The position numbers were made by a program, and so were the translations under genes. DNA of 64,000 bases from Candidatus Cloacimonadales bacterium (GTDB taxonomy: Bacteria > Cloacimonadota > Cloacimonadia > Cloacimonadales > JAFGVF01). The DNA is taken from contig OY759729.1 in the NCBI GenBank assembly GCA_963662585.1, positions 1,792,001 to 1,856,000 on the forward strand, in the 5' to 3' direction. This document shows, in pieces, positions 1 to 10,644 of the stretch (its first letter is position 1; the number at the start of each line of letters is the position of its first letter). The notes below the pieces were generated by a model, which was given only the letters and a program-made list of their open reading frames with translations, was not told the origin of the DNA and did no database searches.

Positions 1-2
1 AA

Positions 3-605
3 TTAGAGATGATTTATGTGCAAGACCTTAGCCAAGAGATTATTAAAGCAATTAATGAAAAGAAATATTCTGATGAATTAAGATTAGGATATACTGGTAA
101 GTGTAAGGTGTCTGAATTAAGAGATAAAATTCAAGAATTTCATAATTTATACTCCCAAGGTGTAATCCCTAAGTTTAGCAATAGATTTGAATTAACTTTA
201 TTCAATACCTATCGATGCTACCTTCCTAAAGAACATTTTCCTGTTTTATACACGAAACATAGTGATAATCGAGGATCTTTTGTAGAAATTATCAAAAGTA
301 ATGGAGAGGGGCAGTTCTCTTTCTCAACTACGAAACCTGGAATTACTAGAGGGAATCATTTCCATACTAGAAAAATAGAAAGATTCGCTGTGATATCAGG
401 AAAGGCTTCTATTAAGCTTAGAAAAATCGGAACTAATGAGGTAATTGAATATATTGTGGATGGTTCAGAACCAGGATTTGTGGATATGCCTATCTGGTTT
501 ACTCATAATATAACTAATATTGGGGATGATGAACTTATTACGCTCTTTTGGATTAATGAATTTTATGACCAGGAAGATCCCGATACCTTCTATGAAGAAG
601 TCTGA
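3..605 (+). CDS. wbjC: UDP-2-acetamido-2,6-dideoxy-hexulose reductase (WbjC/CapF/FnlB type), 5'-truncated by the window edge
   Basis: C-terminal cupin (DNRGSFVE, PGITRGNHFHTRKIERF, VDMPIWFTHNITN, FWINE); frame open to the window start; followed by a wbjD-type epimerase. Confidence 0.85.
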   Translation, partial: LEMIYVQDLSQEIIKAINEKKYSDELRLGYTGKCKVSELRDKIQEFHNLYSQGVIPKFSNRFELTLFNTYRCYLPKEHFPVLYTKHSDNRGSFVEIIKSNGEGQFSFSTTKPGITRGNHFHTRKIERFAVISGKASIKLRKIGTNEVIEYIVDGSEPGFVDMPIWFTHNITNIGDDELITLFWINEFYDQEDPDTFYEEV

Positions 606-609
606 GATT

Positions 610-1281
610 TTTTAGCCACGGATAACACAGAAAAACACTGATAAGAGAAGAAAAAAAATTATAAAAGTAAGATAATAGTTATTAAAAACATATTGTACTC
701 GCTATTAACTTTAAAAATAATAATGAAATTACAAGATGTTTATTCTATTGATATTGTTGTATTAATCCGTGTTATTCGTGGCTAAGAAAAAGAGGAAGTT
801 ATGTTATTTGAACAGGAGTTATCAGACAAGGTTTTGGGGTGTGCATTTGAAGTATATAATACTTTAGGTAATGGTTTTTTAGAAAAGATTTATGAAAAAG
901 CTTTACTAATAGAATTAGAAAGTAAAAATATTAAAGCTGAATCACAAAAAGAGATAAAAGTATATTATAAAAATAATTTAGTAGGTGAATATTTAGCAGA
1001 TATTATAGTTGAAGGTAAAATAATACTTGAGTAAAATCTTGTTCAACTATCAACGATGCACATTTAGCTCAACTAATTAATTATCTTACCGCAACAGGAA
1101 TTAAAATAGGTTACATACTAAATTTTGGTAAGTTTGGATCACTGCAATTTAAGCGGGTAGTAAAATAAAACAAGAAAAGTTAAAAGCACACTGCGCATAA
1201 CAGAAAAGCGGATTTTAGTATTTGACTAACAACAAAGCAATATTTCTTATCCGTGTTCATCAGTGTTATCCGTGGCTAAAA
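610..1281. mobile_element. GxxExxY gene unit with 19-bp perfect terminal inverted repeats, inserted between wbjC and wbjD
   Basis: TTTTAGCCACGGATAACAC at 610-628 and its reverse complement at 1263-1281; internal inverted copy at 765-785. Confidence 0.6.
801..1168 (+). pseudogene. GxxExxY protein (PD-(D/E)XK-like), frameshifted near 1032
   Basis: GFLEKIY motif; stops after IILE; adding one T restores ELKSCSTINDAHLAQLINYLTATGIKIGYILNFGKFGSLQFKRVVK* ending at 1168. Confidence 0.85.
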
Positions 1282-1294
1282 GAAAGGACAAAAC

Positions 1295-2413
1295 ATGAAA
1301 AAACTCAAGGTTATTACTATCGTTGGAACGAGACCGGAGATTATCCGTCTCTCCGAAGTAATGAAACTATTAGATAAATATACAGAGCACATAACTGTTC
1401 ATACTGGACAGAACTACGATTATGAACTAAATGAAATATTTTATCAAGATTTAGATTTAAGGAAACCTGATTATTACCTAGGTGTTGATACTTCTTCTTT
1501 AGGTAAAGTCTTAGGTGAAACTTTGATTAAGGTGGAAGAAGTATTTCTTAAAGAAAAACCAGATGCGGTTTTAATTTTGGGTGATACTAATGCTTCTATA
1601 GCTGGGATTATTGCTAAAAGAATGAAGATTCCTATCTTTCATATGGAAGCAGGAAATAGATCTTTTGATTTTAATGTTCCAGAAGAAATTAATAGAAGAA
1701 TTATTGATCATGTTGCAGATTTTAACTTAGTCTATACTGAAAATTCTCGTAGACACCTCTTATCAGAAGGATTACCTCACAGGCATATTTATGTTACAGG
1801 TTCTCCTATGTACGAAGTGCTTCATAAAAATATGGATAAAATAAAAGATTCCAAAATTTTAGAGGAGTTAGGCTTAAAAGAGAAAGAATACTTTATTGTC
1901 TCAACTCACAGAGAAGAGAATGTTGATAATCCTGAAAATCTTAGAGAAATTTTAGATACTCTTAATATGATTGCTGAGACTTACAATGTACCGGTTGTGG
2001 TTTCAACCCATCCTCGTACCAAAAAGAGATTAGAGATGTTAGGGCAAGTGAAAATAGATGAAAGGATTCAGATTCTAAAACCGTTTGGTTTTTTTGATTA
2101 TAACAAGCTCCAAATGCATGCTATTTGTGCTATTTCAGACAGTGGAACTATAAGTGAAGAGTCTTCAATGCTTAAGTTTCCAGCCGTAACTATTAGAAAC
2201 TCTCTGGAAAGACCAGAGGCTATGGACTATGGCTCAATTATCTTAACAGGTTTGAAAGCAGATATTGTTTTAAATGCAATTAAAATAGCAGTTGAAGAAC
2301 CAATTGATTTCAAAAAATGCCCAGAATATGAAGTAGATAATACTTCTTATAGGGTATTGAAAATTATTACGGGATTAAGTGGATTGAGAAATAGGTGGAT
2401 AGGACTAGTATGA
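1295..2413 (+). CDS. wbjD: UDP-N-acetylglucosamine 2-epimerase (non-hydrolysing), WbjD/FnlC/Cap5G type
   Basis: GTRPEIIRLS, HTGQNYD, LGDTN, HMEAGNR, PEEINR, SDSGT motifs; follows wbjC. Confidence 0.88.
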   Translation: MKKLKVITIVGTRPEIIRLSEVMKLLDKYTEHITVHTGQNYDYELNEIFYQDLDLRKPDYYLGVDTSSLGKVLGETLIKVEEVFLKEKPDAVLILGDTNASIAGIIAKRMKIPIFHMEAGNRSFDFNVPEEINRRIIDHVADFNLVYTENSRRHLLSEGLPHRHIYVTGSPMYEVLHKNMDKIKDSKILEELGLKEKEYFIVSTHREENVDNPENLREILDTLNMIAETYNVPVVVSTHPRTKKRLEMLGQVKIDERIQILKPFGFFDYNKLQMHAICAISDSGTISEESSMLKFPAVTIRNSLERPEAMDYGSIILTGLKADIVLNAIKIAVEEPIDFKKCPEYEVDNTSYRVLKIITGLSGLRNRWIGLV

Positions 2414-3597
2414 GGATATTTTTGATAACAGGCCACCAATATCCTGCTGGTAAAGCAGCCACAAATCGTATTAGATCTTATTTAGAAGTTCTTGTTCAAC
2501 TGGGTCATGATGTTAATGTGTTAATTTACAGGTCTTCAGAGATTAGTGAAAATATTCAAAATAAGTTTAGAGGCAAGCTTAATGGAGTTCATTATTCAAC
2601 TAGTGCAAATTCAGTTATTAAAAAAAAAAATCCTATTTTAGCTAGAATAACTTGGATTTATAGTTATATCAATGCTTTAAAAATATTGAAAGATGAAAAT
2701 AAAAAAAAACATATCGACATAATAATCCAAGGCAGTTCTAAAAGTTCAATTATTCCTTTTGTATATTTGATTTCAAGGGTTATGGGAACCAAATATATTT
2801 TAGAAAATAGTGAGTATCCATGGTTTATATTAAAAAAAAAAGTAAGCAATTTTCTGTATAAACCATTATATCTATATATATATTATCGATTATTTGATGG
2901 GTTTTTCCTAATGACGCAAAGTTTAATAGAATATCACAAAAAATACTGTAAGAATACGGCCACAATGTTGCATATGCCGATGACAGTTGATTATGATAGA
3001 TTTAATATTAATATTGAAAAAGAAAATCTAATCACTTATGTTGGTAATAAGAGTTTTTTCAAAGATGGTGTAGATATATTGATTAAATCATTTGCAAATG
3101 TTTCGCCAGAATATCCTAAATGGAAGCTTATGATAGTTGGTGAAACAACAAAAGATGATTATATCAAAGATTATTTTAGTGAGCTCAATCTTAGTGAAAA
3201 ACTAATTTTAACAGGAAATGTTCATAGAGATGAAATTCCTGCACTTGTTTGCAAATCAAAAATATTAGCACTGTCCCGACCAAATAACAAACAGGCTGAA
3301 GGTGGATTCCCTACAAAACTTGGTGAATATTTAGCTTCAGGAAATCTTGTTATTGCGACTTCTGTTGGAGAAATTCCAAATTATTTGAAAGATAATGTAA
3401 ATGCCTTGTTAGCATTTCCTAATGATATTGATAGTTTTTCCAACAGGTTAAGAGATGGAATGCAAAATTATGCCGAATTATCAGAAGTGAGAAAGAAGGG
3501 TAGAATTCTTGCAAAAGAGGTTTTTAACGCTAGAACTCAAGGAAAACGACTTTCAGAATTTTTAATGAGTTTCTTCAACCATAAGGAATTAATATGA
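2410..3597 (+). CDS. Glycosyltransferase family 4
   Basis: GT-B C-terminus (QAEGGFPTKLGEYLASG, VIATSVGEIP); likely ATG at 2410 overlapping the wbjD stop. Confidence 0.85.
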   Translation: MRIFLITGHQYPAGKAATNRIRSYLEVLVQLGHDVNVLIYRSSEISENIQNKFRGKLNGVHYSTSANSVIKKKNPILARITWIYSYINALKILKDENKKKHIDIIIQGSSKSSIIPFVYLISRVMGTKYILENSEYPWFILKKKVSNFLYKPLYLYIYYRLFDGFFLMTQSLIEYHKKYCKNTATMLHMPMTVDYDRFNINIEKENLITYVGNKSFFKDGVDILIKSFANVSPEYPKWKLMIVGETTKDDYIKDYFSELNLSEKLILTGNVHRDEIPALVCKSKILALSRPNNKQAEGGFPTKLGEYLASGNLVIATSVGEIPNYLKDNVNALLAFPNDIDSFSNRLRDGMQNYAELSEVRKKGRILAKEVFNARTQGKRLSEFLMSFFNHKELI

Positions 3598-4910
3598 ATA
3601 AAACTAAACTAATCGATTTGATATCAGGAAAAAATGTTTTCAAATACTATGAACTTTACAAAAAAACTCAATGGTTTTCTAAGGAAGAAATGGAAGAATT
3701 CCAATTAAAAAAATTACAAGCTCTTGTAAATCATTGTTTTGTTAATGTACCATATTATACTGAAATTATGAAAAACAATAGCATCATCCCATCAGACATT
3801 AAAAGTATAAAAGATTTAGAAAAATTCCCAATATTGACTAAAGAGATTATTCAAGAAAATTACGAAAAGTTTTATCCTCTTAATTTAAATAAAATTAAGG
3901 GGGTAAAAACCAGTCAAACCTCAGGTACAACAGGTAGTGTTTTATATAAGAGAAATGATGCAAACACTAGAAGCTCTGTCTGGGGATCATATAAAAGATT
4001 TTATGACTGGATGGGAATAAATGAAAAAGACAAAAATTTTTTATATATGAGTGAAAGTCTTTTAAAGGTAGGAAAAAAGAAAAAAATCTCAAAATATATT
4101 AGTCATAAGTTAAAAAACACTATTTCCATAAGTCCTCATGATACGAGCAAAGCAACATTCGATAAAATAATTTCTATCTTAAATAATAAAAACATCCAAT
4201 TTATAAGATGTTATCCTCAAGCTTTATATACATTAGCATTAAAATTGAAAGAACATGGGCATAGATTTTCACTAAAAGCAATCATGACAACAGCTGAACC
4301 ATTGACGATTCAACATAGAGAACTATTTAAAGAGGTTTTTAATGCAGACTGTTTTGATCAATATGGTTCTGGAGAGATAGGTGGTCTTGCCTATGAGTGT
4401 TCTGAACATTGTGGATTGCACATAACTGAAGAAAGAGTCATCATAGAGAGTAATGAAAAGAATGAATTATTGATTACAGATCTAGATAATTATTCTATGC
4501 CATTTATTAGATATTGGAATGCTGATCAGGCTATTATTTCGGAAAAAAAATGTGCATGCGGACGAGAAGGTAAAATGATAGAACGGGTGTTAGGAAGAAC
4601 TTGTGATTGTTTAGTTGGAGTTAACGATATAGTTGTGCATTGGGGTTTTTTTTGGCAGTTGCTGATGTATGATACAAAAATTGCTACAAAGAGAAATTTT
4701 AAAAAATTTCAATTAATTCAAAAAACTAAGGATCACTTAGTGTTTAGAATAGTTGGTGAATTTTTATCTAAAGAAGAAGAGTCTCAGATAATTTCGATAA
4801 CAAGAAAGAAATTAGGAGATATGAAAATTGATTTTATTTATGAAGAAGATATTGAAAATTCAATATCAGGTAAGTATAGAACTTTTATAAATGAAACAAT
4901 TTTGAGATAA
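3594..4910 (+). CDS. Phenylacetate--CoA ligase family (CapK-like) protein
   Basis: NVPYY, TSGTTG, YGSGE, MPFIRY, SGKYR adenylate-forming motifs. Confidence 0.85.
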   Translation: MNKTKLIDLISGKNVFKYYELYKKTQWFSKEEMEEFQLKKLQALVNHCFVNVPYYTEIMKNNSIIPSDIKSIKDLEKFPILTKEIIQENYEKFYPLNLNKIKGVKTSQTSGTTGSVLYKRNDANTRSSVWGSYKRFYDWMGINEKDKNFLYMSESLLKVGKKKKISKYISHKLKNTISISPHDTSKATFDKIISILNNKNIQFIRCYPQALYTLALKLKEHGHRFSLKAIMTTAEPLTIQHRELFKEVFNADCFDQYGSGEIGGLAYECSEHCGLHITEERVIIESNEKNELLITDLDNYSMPFIRYWNADQAIISEKKCACGREGKMIERVLGRTCDCLVGVNDIVVHWGFFWQLLMYDTKIATKRNFKKFQLIQKTKDHLVFRIVGEFLSKEEESQIISITRKKLGDMKIDFIYEEDIENSISGKYRTFINETILR

Positions 4911-4917
4911 GGATAAT

Positions 4918-5985
4918 ATGAAAAAAATAATTATATTAGCATCAGCAGAAATGGGAACAGGAACTACTGAAGCAAAATTTGTTCCAATTATTAATACTCA
5001 AAAAATTTCTAAAATATATGTATTGCGAAAGAGCAAAGGTATAGAAATAAATGGTGTAGAGTACTTAGTAGTACCTAAACTTTTCAGAGGGAAAATTAGT
5101 GGGTTAATTTTTAGACCTTTATTGCTACTGTATTATGCTTTAAAGCTCAAGCCTGGAATCTTGCTTGCTTATCACTTGATTCCTCATTTATTCTTCGTTG
5201 CTATTGTAGGCTATCTCTGTAAAATACCCTATATCATAGGTCAAACTGGTCTAAGTATTCAAGAAAAAAATACAAATAATAAAGTACTTAGGTTTTTTAT
5301 ACTTAAAGCACTGAAGCATGCTTCATATTTGAATGTTCCAGGCACTAAATCATATGAGTTCTGGAAAGAATTAGGTGTCAGTGAAAAAAAAATCAATTTA
5401 CTTCATAGCACAATTGATACTGATAAGTTTCATTTTCAAAATAGTCAAAAAAAATACGATTTTATAGTTCTTGGTGGACTTTGTAAAGGAAAGCGTATAG
5501 ATTTAATAATCAATATTTTATATAAATTAAAAGAAGAAGGGCATCCTTATAAAGCTGTTATAGTAGGAGATGGAGAGGAGAGAGTTAATCTCTTGAACCA
5601 AGTTAAAAAGCTAAATTTATCTAATCATATAGAGTTTGTAGGTTTTCAAAAAAATACAGCTAACTGGTTTAATAGCTCCAAATATTTTCTTATGCATTCT
5701 GAAAGCGAAGGTCTTCCCACAGCTTTAATGCAAGCTATGGCTTGCCATTTAATACCTATAGTTACTAATGTGGGTAATATTCCTGATTTGGTAAACCCTA
5801 ACAATGGATTTTTAATTGAATTTGGAGATGAAGAGTCTTACAGGAAAAGTTTAATAACTCTATTAAAGGCAGATATCAAGTCGTTAACATCTCTTCAATT
5901 ATCAGGTCGTTCAGAAATTGAGCAAAAGCATTCTTATAAATATGCAACACATAAATGGATTAAACTAATTGAAGATATTAAATAA
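4918..5985 (+). CDS. Glycosyltransferase family 4
   Basis: SESEGLPTALMQAMAC and TNVGNIPDLV GT4 motifs. Confidence 0.85.
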   Translation: MKKIIILASAEMGTGTTEAKFVPIINTQKISKIYVLRKSKGIEINGVEYLVVPKLFRGKISGLIFRPLLLLYYALKLKPGILLAYHLIPHLFFVAIVGYLCKIPYIIGQTGLSIQEKNTNNKVLRFFILKALKHASYLNVPGTKSYEFWKELGVSEKKINLLHSTIDTDKFHFQNSQKKYDFIVLGGLCKGKRIDLIINILYKLKEEGHPYKAVIVGDGEERVNLLNQVKKLNLSNHIEFVGFQKNTANWFNSSKYFLMHSESEGLPTALMQAMACHLIPIVTNVGNIPDLVNPNNGFLIEFGDEESYRKSLITLLKADIKSLTSLQLSGRSEIEQKHSYKYATHKWIKLIEDIK

Positions 5986-6093
5986 GTTTGGACTATATTA
6001 TGGATTTATATTATAAGTTAAAAAGTTTTAAATAATGTAATAAAGATGATTTTATTAAGTCAATGCAACAGATATTGGAAGGAGATTGTATTA

Positions 6094-7452
6094 ATGAGTT
6101 TCAATAATATTGTATCAGAAAAATTTATTTTGCCATTAAGCGATTTATTGCTAGGTTTTTCAATTAACAAAGATCTGAAATTTCTTATGAAAAGCCAATG
6201 GTGGAGTAAAAAACAAATTGATGATTATCAAAATAAGAAGTTAAGAGAACTTATTCACCATGCATATACCAATGTTCCATATTATAAGGAAATGTTTGAT
6301 AAAATTGGACTAAAACCAGAAGACATTAAAACAAAAGAAGATTTACATAAAATTCCTATTACTACAAAATCAGATTTAAAAAAACATAAAGATAAGCATG
6401 TAGCTGTAAATATTTCTCCTAAAAATTTAATGTTTAGAAGTTCAAGTGGATCTACAGGAGAACCATTTCAATTTTATACCACAAAAAAAGCTGAATCATT
6501 TTCTAAGGCAACAACTATTAGGGGGTGGTATTGGATGGGATATAAGCTTGGTGATAAATATGTCAAACTTAGTATGAATCCCCGATCATCAAAAATAAAG
6601 AAACTCCAAGACAAAATTAATAATTGTTTGTATTTGTCCGTAAATCAATTGTCACCTAAAGAGATTGTTAAGATTGGAAAAGCTATAAGTAATTTCAACC
6701 CTAAATTTATTCGTGGGTACCCTGTTCCTCTCTATTCGCTTGCAAAGGCTATTAAAGATGTGGGAGGATATTCAAAAAGTTCTTTAAGAGGAATAAATAC
6801 TACCGGTAGTTCTTTGCGTGAAAATGTTCGTGACGAGATAGAATCTGTATTTCAAAGCAAAATTTATGATGCTTATAGTTGCGAAGGTGGTTCATGTTTT
6901 CATCAATGTTCAGCAAGTAAATTCTATCATCCTGCTGAAGAATATGCTATTTCAGAATTTATTGAAGATGATTTCTCCAAATCAAACAATGAATATCCTT
7001 TAAGGCATATTACAACAGATCTGCATAATTTTGCTTCACCTTTTATTAGATATGATACCCAAGATTATATTATTTTAGAAGATAAAGATAGGTGTGAATG
7101 TGGAAGAAGTTTTATTAATGTTAAAAAAATATTGGGTAGAGATGGTGATATTTTGATTACTCCATCTGGGAAGTATTTAATTGTAGAAAATTTTGTTGCT
7201 TATTTTGAATGGATAGTTGGGATAGATCAAATACAAGTTATCCAAGAAAAAATAAATAAAATTACTATAAATATTATTATAAACAATGATTTTACTAAAA
7301 CAATTTTTAATACAGTTCAGGATTATTGGAAGACCTACATAGGAAATGATGTTGAAGTTAATCTCAAAATAGTTGATGATATAAGACTAACACCCACAGG
7401 CAAAAGAAGAACTGTTATTCGAAATGCGGACATAAAATTATATGATAATTAA
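6094..7452 (+). CDS. Phenylacetate--CoA ligase family (CapK-like) protein, second copy
   Basis: SSGSTGEP, YSCEG, PFIRY, GRDGD, TGKRR; AAGGAG RBS before ATG 6094. Confidence 0.85.
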   Translation: MSFNNIVSEKFILPLSDLLLGFSINKDLKFLMKSQWWSKKQIDDYQNKKLRELIHHAYTNVPYYKEMFDKIGLKPEDIKTKEDLHKIPITTKSDLKKHKDKHVAVNISPKNLMFRSSSGSTGEPFQFYTTKKAESFSKATTIRGWYWMGYKLGDKYVKLSMNPRSSKIKKLQDKINNCLYLSVNQLSPKEIVKIGKAISNFNPKFIRGYPVPLYSLAKAIKDVGGYSKSSLRGINTTGSSLRENVRDEIESVFQSKIYDAYSCEGGSCFHQCSASKFYHPAEEYAISEFIEDDFSKSNNEYPLRHITTDLHNFASPFIRYDTQDYIILEDKDRCECGRSFINVKKILGRDGDILITPSGKYLIVENFVAYFEWIVGIDQIQVIQEKINKITINIIINNDFTKTIFNTVQDYWKTYIGNDVEVNLKIVDDIRLTPTGKRRTVIRNADIKLYDN

Positions 7453-8311
7453 ATCTCTTGTTAAAGGAATTTTATCTTACATTCCTGGTGTTTTAGAATA
7501 CAGCCATCATAATAGAAATAAAATGAGGCATAGTTGTGCTGATTCTCACTATAGCTATAATCTTTGGCTAACAATTTTTTTATTTTTAAAAGAAAATAAC
7601 GTAAATCCACATTTTGATACAATTGCTGAATTAGGAACAGGAGGTTCTTTAGGAGTGGCAAGTTGTTTTTTGTTATTAGGTGTAAAGCAATTTTACGCAT
7701 TAGAAGTAGAAGATGAATTCGATTTAGACAAAAATCTAAAAATATATGATGAACTGGTGAATCTTCTAAGGATACAAAGCCCTGCAACATCAAAATATAA
7801 AAATTTAAATTTTAGATTAATTGATTCAGCTTACCCTGAGGAACTGAAAAACTTAGAAATTCTTAAATCTGAGAATATTGAATCTGTAAGAAAGTCACTA
7901 TTATCTATAGGTCAGTCAGATAATCGGATAAAGATTATTTATGATTGGCACAATAAAGAAAAGATATCTTTAGATTTTATTTACTCAAGAGCTGTTATGG
8001 AACATGTTGATAATCCTCCAGAAGTTCATCTCAAGCTATATAACACTTTAAATGAAGGTGGTTATATATTGCATGATATCGAACTTCACTCACATGGAAT
8101 CACTAAGCAACCGCATGGTCACCTTAAGATTAATAAGTTTGTTTGGAAACTTATTAAAGGGAAAAGAAAATATTCATTGAATAGATTTACCATGGAAGAT
8201 CATCTTGATGCTATGAAAAATTGTGGGTTCAAAATTATCTCTCAAAATCCTGTATATCTTGAAAATTACTCCAAACATGCATATGGGGTTGTTATATTGG
8301 CAATGAAATAA
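7442..8311 (+). CDS. Class I SAM-dependent methyltransferase
   Basis: AELGTGGS motif I; DFIYSRAVMEHV. Confidence 0.75.
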   Translation: MIIKSLVKGILSYIPGVLEYSHHNRNKMRHSCADSHYSYNLWLTIFLFLKENNVNPHFDTIAELGTGGSLGVASCFLLLGVKQFYALEVEDEFDLDKNLKIYDELVNLLRIQSPATSKYKNLNFRLIDSAYPEELKNLEILKSENIESVRKSLLSIGQSDNRIKIIYDWHNKEKISLDFIYSRAVMEHVDNPPEVHLKLYNTLNEGGYILHDIELHSHGITKQPHGHLKINKFVWKLIKGKRKYSLNRFTMEDHLDAMKNCGFKIISQNPVYLENYSKHAYGVVILAMK

Positions 8312-8440
8312 ACTTTTATTTATGATGTCATAGATTAACTAAAGGTTTAGTTTGTACTAATGCTTAAGAGTGTAAAGTTTTCTTTGATGTATTTACTCTC
8401 ATGAAACCTAAAAACAAAAATTTTTTTATAAAGGACCAAA

Positions 8441-9577
8441 ATGAAAGTTATATTTGCAGTTAATCACCCATCACAATACCACATGTTTAAAAATCTTGCA
8501 AGAAAAATTATAAAAGATAATGGAGATGTAATGTTCTTTATTCAGTCAAGGGGGATTATAGAAGATTTAATTGAATCTGATGGCTTTAAATATAGATATT
8601 CAGTATCTACTAAAATAAGATCTAATCTAAAAGGTAAGGTAGGCATTGCACTCCGAACTGTTATTACTTTGATTAGTCAAGAGTTAAATTTACTATTATA
8701 TATGTGTTTTAATAAAGTTGATTTTTTAATGGGTACCGATGTCGCTATCTCGCATGTTGGATTTCTCTTTAGGAAAAAAGTTTTTGTATTTACTGATGAT
8801 GATTACTATTTTATAAAACCGTTTTGCCATCTTGCTTTCCCTTTAGCTACACATATAGTTGCTGCAGAAGTTGTTGATGTAAATAAATGGAGTAAAAAAC
8901 AAATAACCTACCTTGGTACTCAAAAAAATACATACTTGCACCCAAAATATTTTTCTCCAAATCCTGAGGTATTGGATAAGTATAAATTAGCAGGGAAAAG
9001 ATTTTTTATAATACGATTAGTTGATTTTAAAGCATTTCATGATTCATCACATAACGCTTTTACTGGCTTGTCTGATTTAGTGATTGATAACTTGCTAGCT
9101 TATTTAGAAAAATTAGGAGTAGTGATTATTAACATCGAAAAAGGATTAGACTCTAAATACGCTAACTATTCTCCTAAAATAGAACCTGAAGATATGCATA
9201 GTTTAATGTTTTATTCTGATCTATTAATTGGTGATAGCCAAAGTATGATTATAGAGGCAGCTTTGTTAGGAACTCCTGCTATAAGATCTAATAAGTGGGT
9301 CGTATCGGAAGAAAAAGTTAGTGTTATAGAGTATCTTGAAAAAAAGTATTCACTGTTTTATAGCGTAGCACCAAATGATGGTGACAGTATTTTAGAACTA
9401 ACGAAAAAACTTATTGGTTTACATATAAAGGGTCAATGGAAAGAAAAGAGAGAAAAATTCTTTTCAGAAAATACAAATCTTACAGACTTTTTATTTTGGA
9501 TTATCAAAGATTATGAAACTAATATACAGGAATTGAAGAAAAATAAAGACCTTATTAAGGAGTTTTCAAAATTATGA
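8441..9577 (+). CDS. DUF354-type glycosyltransferase-fold protein
   Basis: HPSQYHMFKN, YLHP, IGDSQSM, EAALLGTPA. Confidence 0.75.
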   Translation: MKVIFAVNHPSQYHMFKNLARKIIKDNGDVMFFIQSRGIIEDLIESDGFKYRYSVSTKIRSNLKGKVGIALRTVITLISQELNLLLYMCFNKVDFLMGTDVAISHVGFLFRKKVFVFTDDDYYFIKPFCHLAFPLATHIVAAEVVDVNKWSKKQITYLGTQKNTYLHPKYFSPNPEVLDKYKLAGKRFFIIRLVDFKAFHDSSHNAFTGLSDLVIDNLLAYLEKLGVVIINIEKGLDSKYANYSPKIEPEDMHSLMFYSDLLIGDSQSMIIEAALLGTPAIRSNKWVVSEEKVSVIEYLEKKYSLFYSVAPNDGDSILELTKKLIGLHIKGQWKEKREKFFSENTNLTDFLFWIIKDYETNIQELKKNKDLIKEFSKL

Positions 9578-10635
9578 AGAAAATAATAACAATAGTTGGA
9601 GCAAGACCTCAATTTATAAAATTAGCACCGATATCAAGAGAGCTTAGAAAGTATTTCAAGGAAATTATAGTTCATACTGGACAGCATTATGATGATAATA
9701 TGTCTGATGTGTTTTTCAAGCAACTTAATATTCCTTATCCTGATATAAATCTAGGTGTTGGTTCTGCTTCTCATGCTATCCAAACAGCCAACATGTTGAC
9801 CAAATTAGAGGAAATATTTATAAAAGAGAATCCATCATTAATAGTAATTTTTGGTGACACAAATTCTACCTTAGCTGCTACCTTAGCTGCTGTTAAAATA
9901 CATTTGCCCATTGCCCATATTGAAGCAGGCTTAAGAAATTTTGATCTCTCAATTCCAGAAGAAGTTAATAGACTTGTTGCTGACAGATTATCTACATTTC
10001 TTTATGCACCTACAAATCTAGCTGTTAATAACTTAGCTAAGGAAGGTATAAGAGAAAATGTATTTATGTTAGGTGATGTCATGTATGACTCTCTTTTAAG
10101 TGGATTAGAGAAGGCAAAGCAATTTTCTAAAATATTAAATACCTTAAATATTGAGGAAAAAAAATATTGCTTAGCTACAATTCATCGTGCAGAAAATACA
10201 GACAATATACATAATCTTAAAGAAGTAATCAAGGCTATAGGGCTGTTTGAAGAGAAGGTTATTTTTCCAATTCACCCAAGAACCAGAAAAGTAATTGAAG
10301 AGAATATAATTGAAATACCCCAAAATGTTATGCTTATACAACCACTAGGATATTTAGATTTTATTAGTTTAGAGAATAATGCTCGGATGATTGTAACAGA
10401 CTCAGGCGGAGTACAAAAAGAAGCTTATTGCCTAAAAATCCCTTGTATTACAATTTTTCCATCGACATCTTGGAATGAAACAGTTGAAGATGGTTGGAAT
10501 AAATTGGCAGATGCAAAAGTTGATTCAATCATGGAAAAGTATAATTCTGTTTATAATGATTCAATCTACAATTATCACTTTGGTGATGGAAATTCAGCTG
10601 TTAAGATTATCGATAACATTAAAAGTCTTATATAG
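9574..10635 (+). CDS. wecB: UDP-N-acetylglucosamine 2-epimerase (non-hydrolysing)
   Basis: GARPQFIK, HTGQHYD, GDTNST, HIEAGLR, PEEVNR, TDSGGVQKEA. Confidence 0.9.
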   Translation: MKKIITIVGARPQFIKLAPISRELRKYFKEIIVHTGQHYDDNMSDVFFKQLNIPYPDINLGVGSASHAIQTANMLTKLEEIFIKENPSLIVIFGDTNSTLAATLAAVKIHLPIAHIEAGLRNFDLSIPEEVNRLVADRLSTFLYAPTNLAVNNLAKEGIRENVFMLGDVMYDSLLSGLEKAKQFSKILNTLNIEEKKYCLATIHRAENTDNIHNLKEVIKAIGLFEEKVIFPIHPRTRKVIEENIIEIPQNVMLIQPLGYLDFISLENNARMIVTDSGGVQKEAYCLKIPCITIFPSTSWNETVEDGWNKLADAKVDSIMEKYNSVYNDSIYNYHFGDGNSAVKIIDNIKSLI

Positions 10636-10644
10636 GAGGATTAG

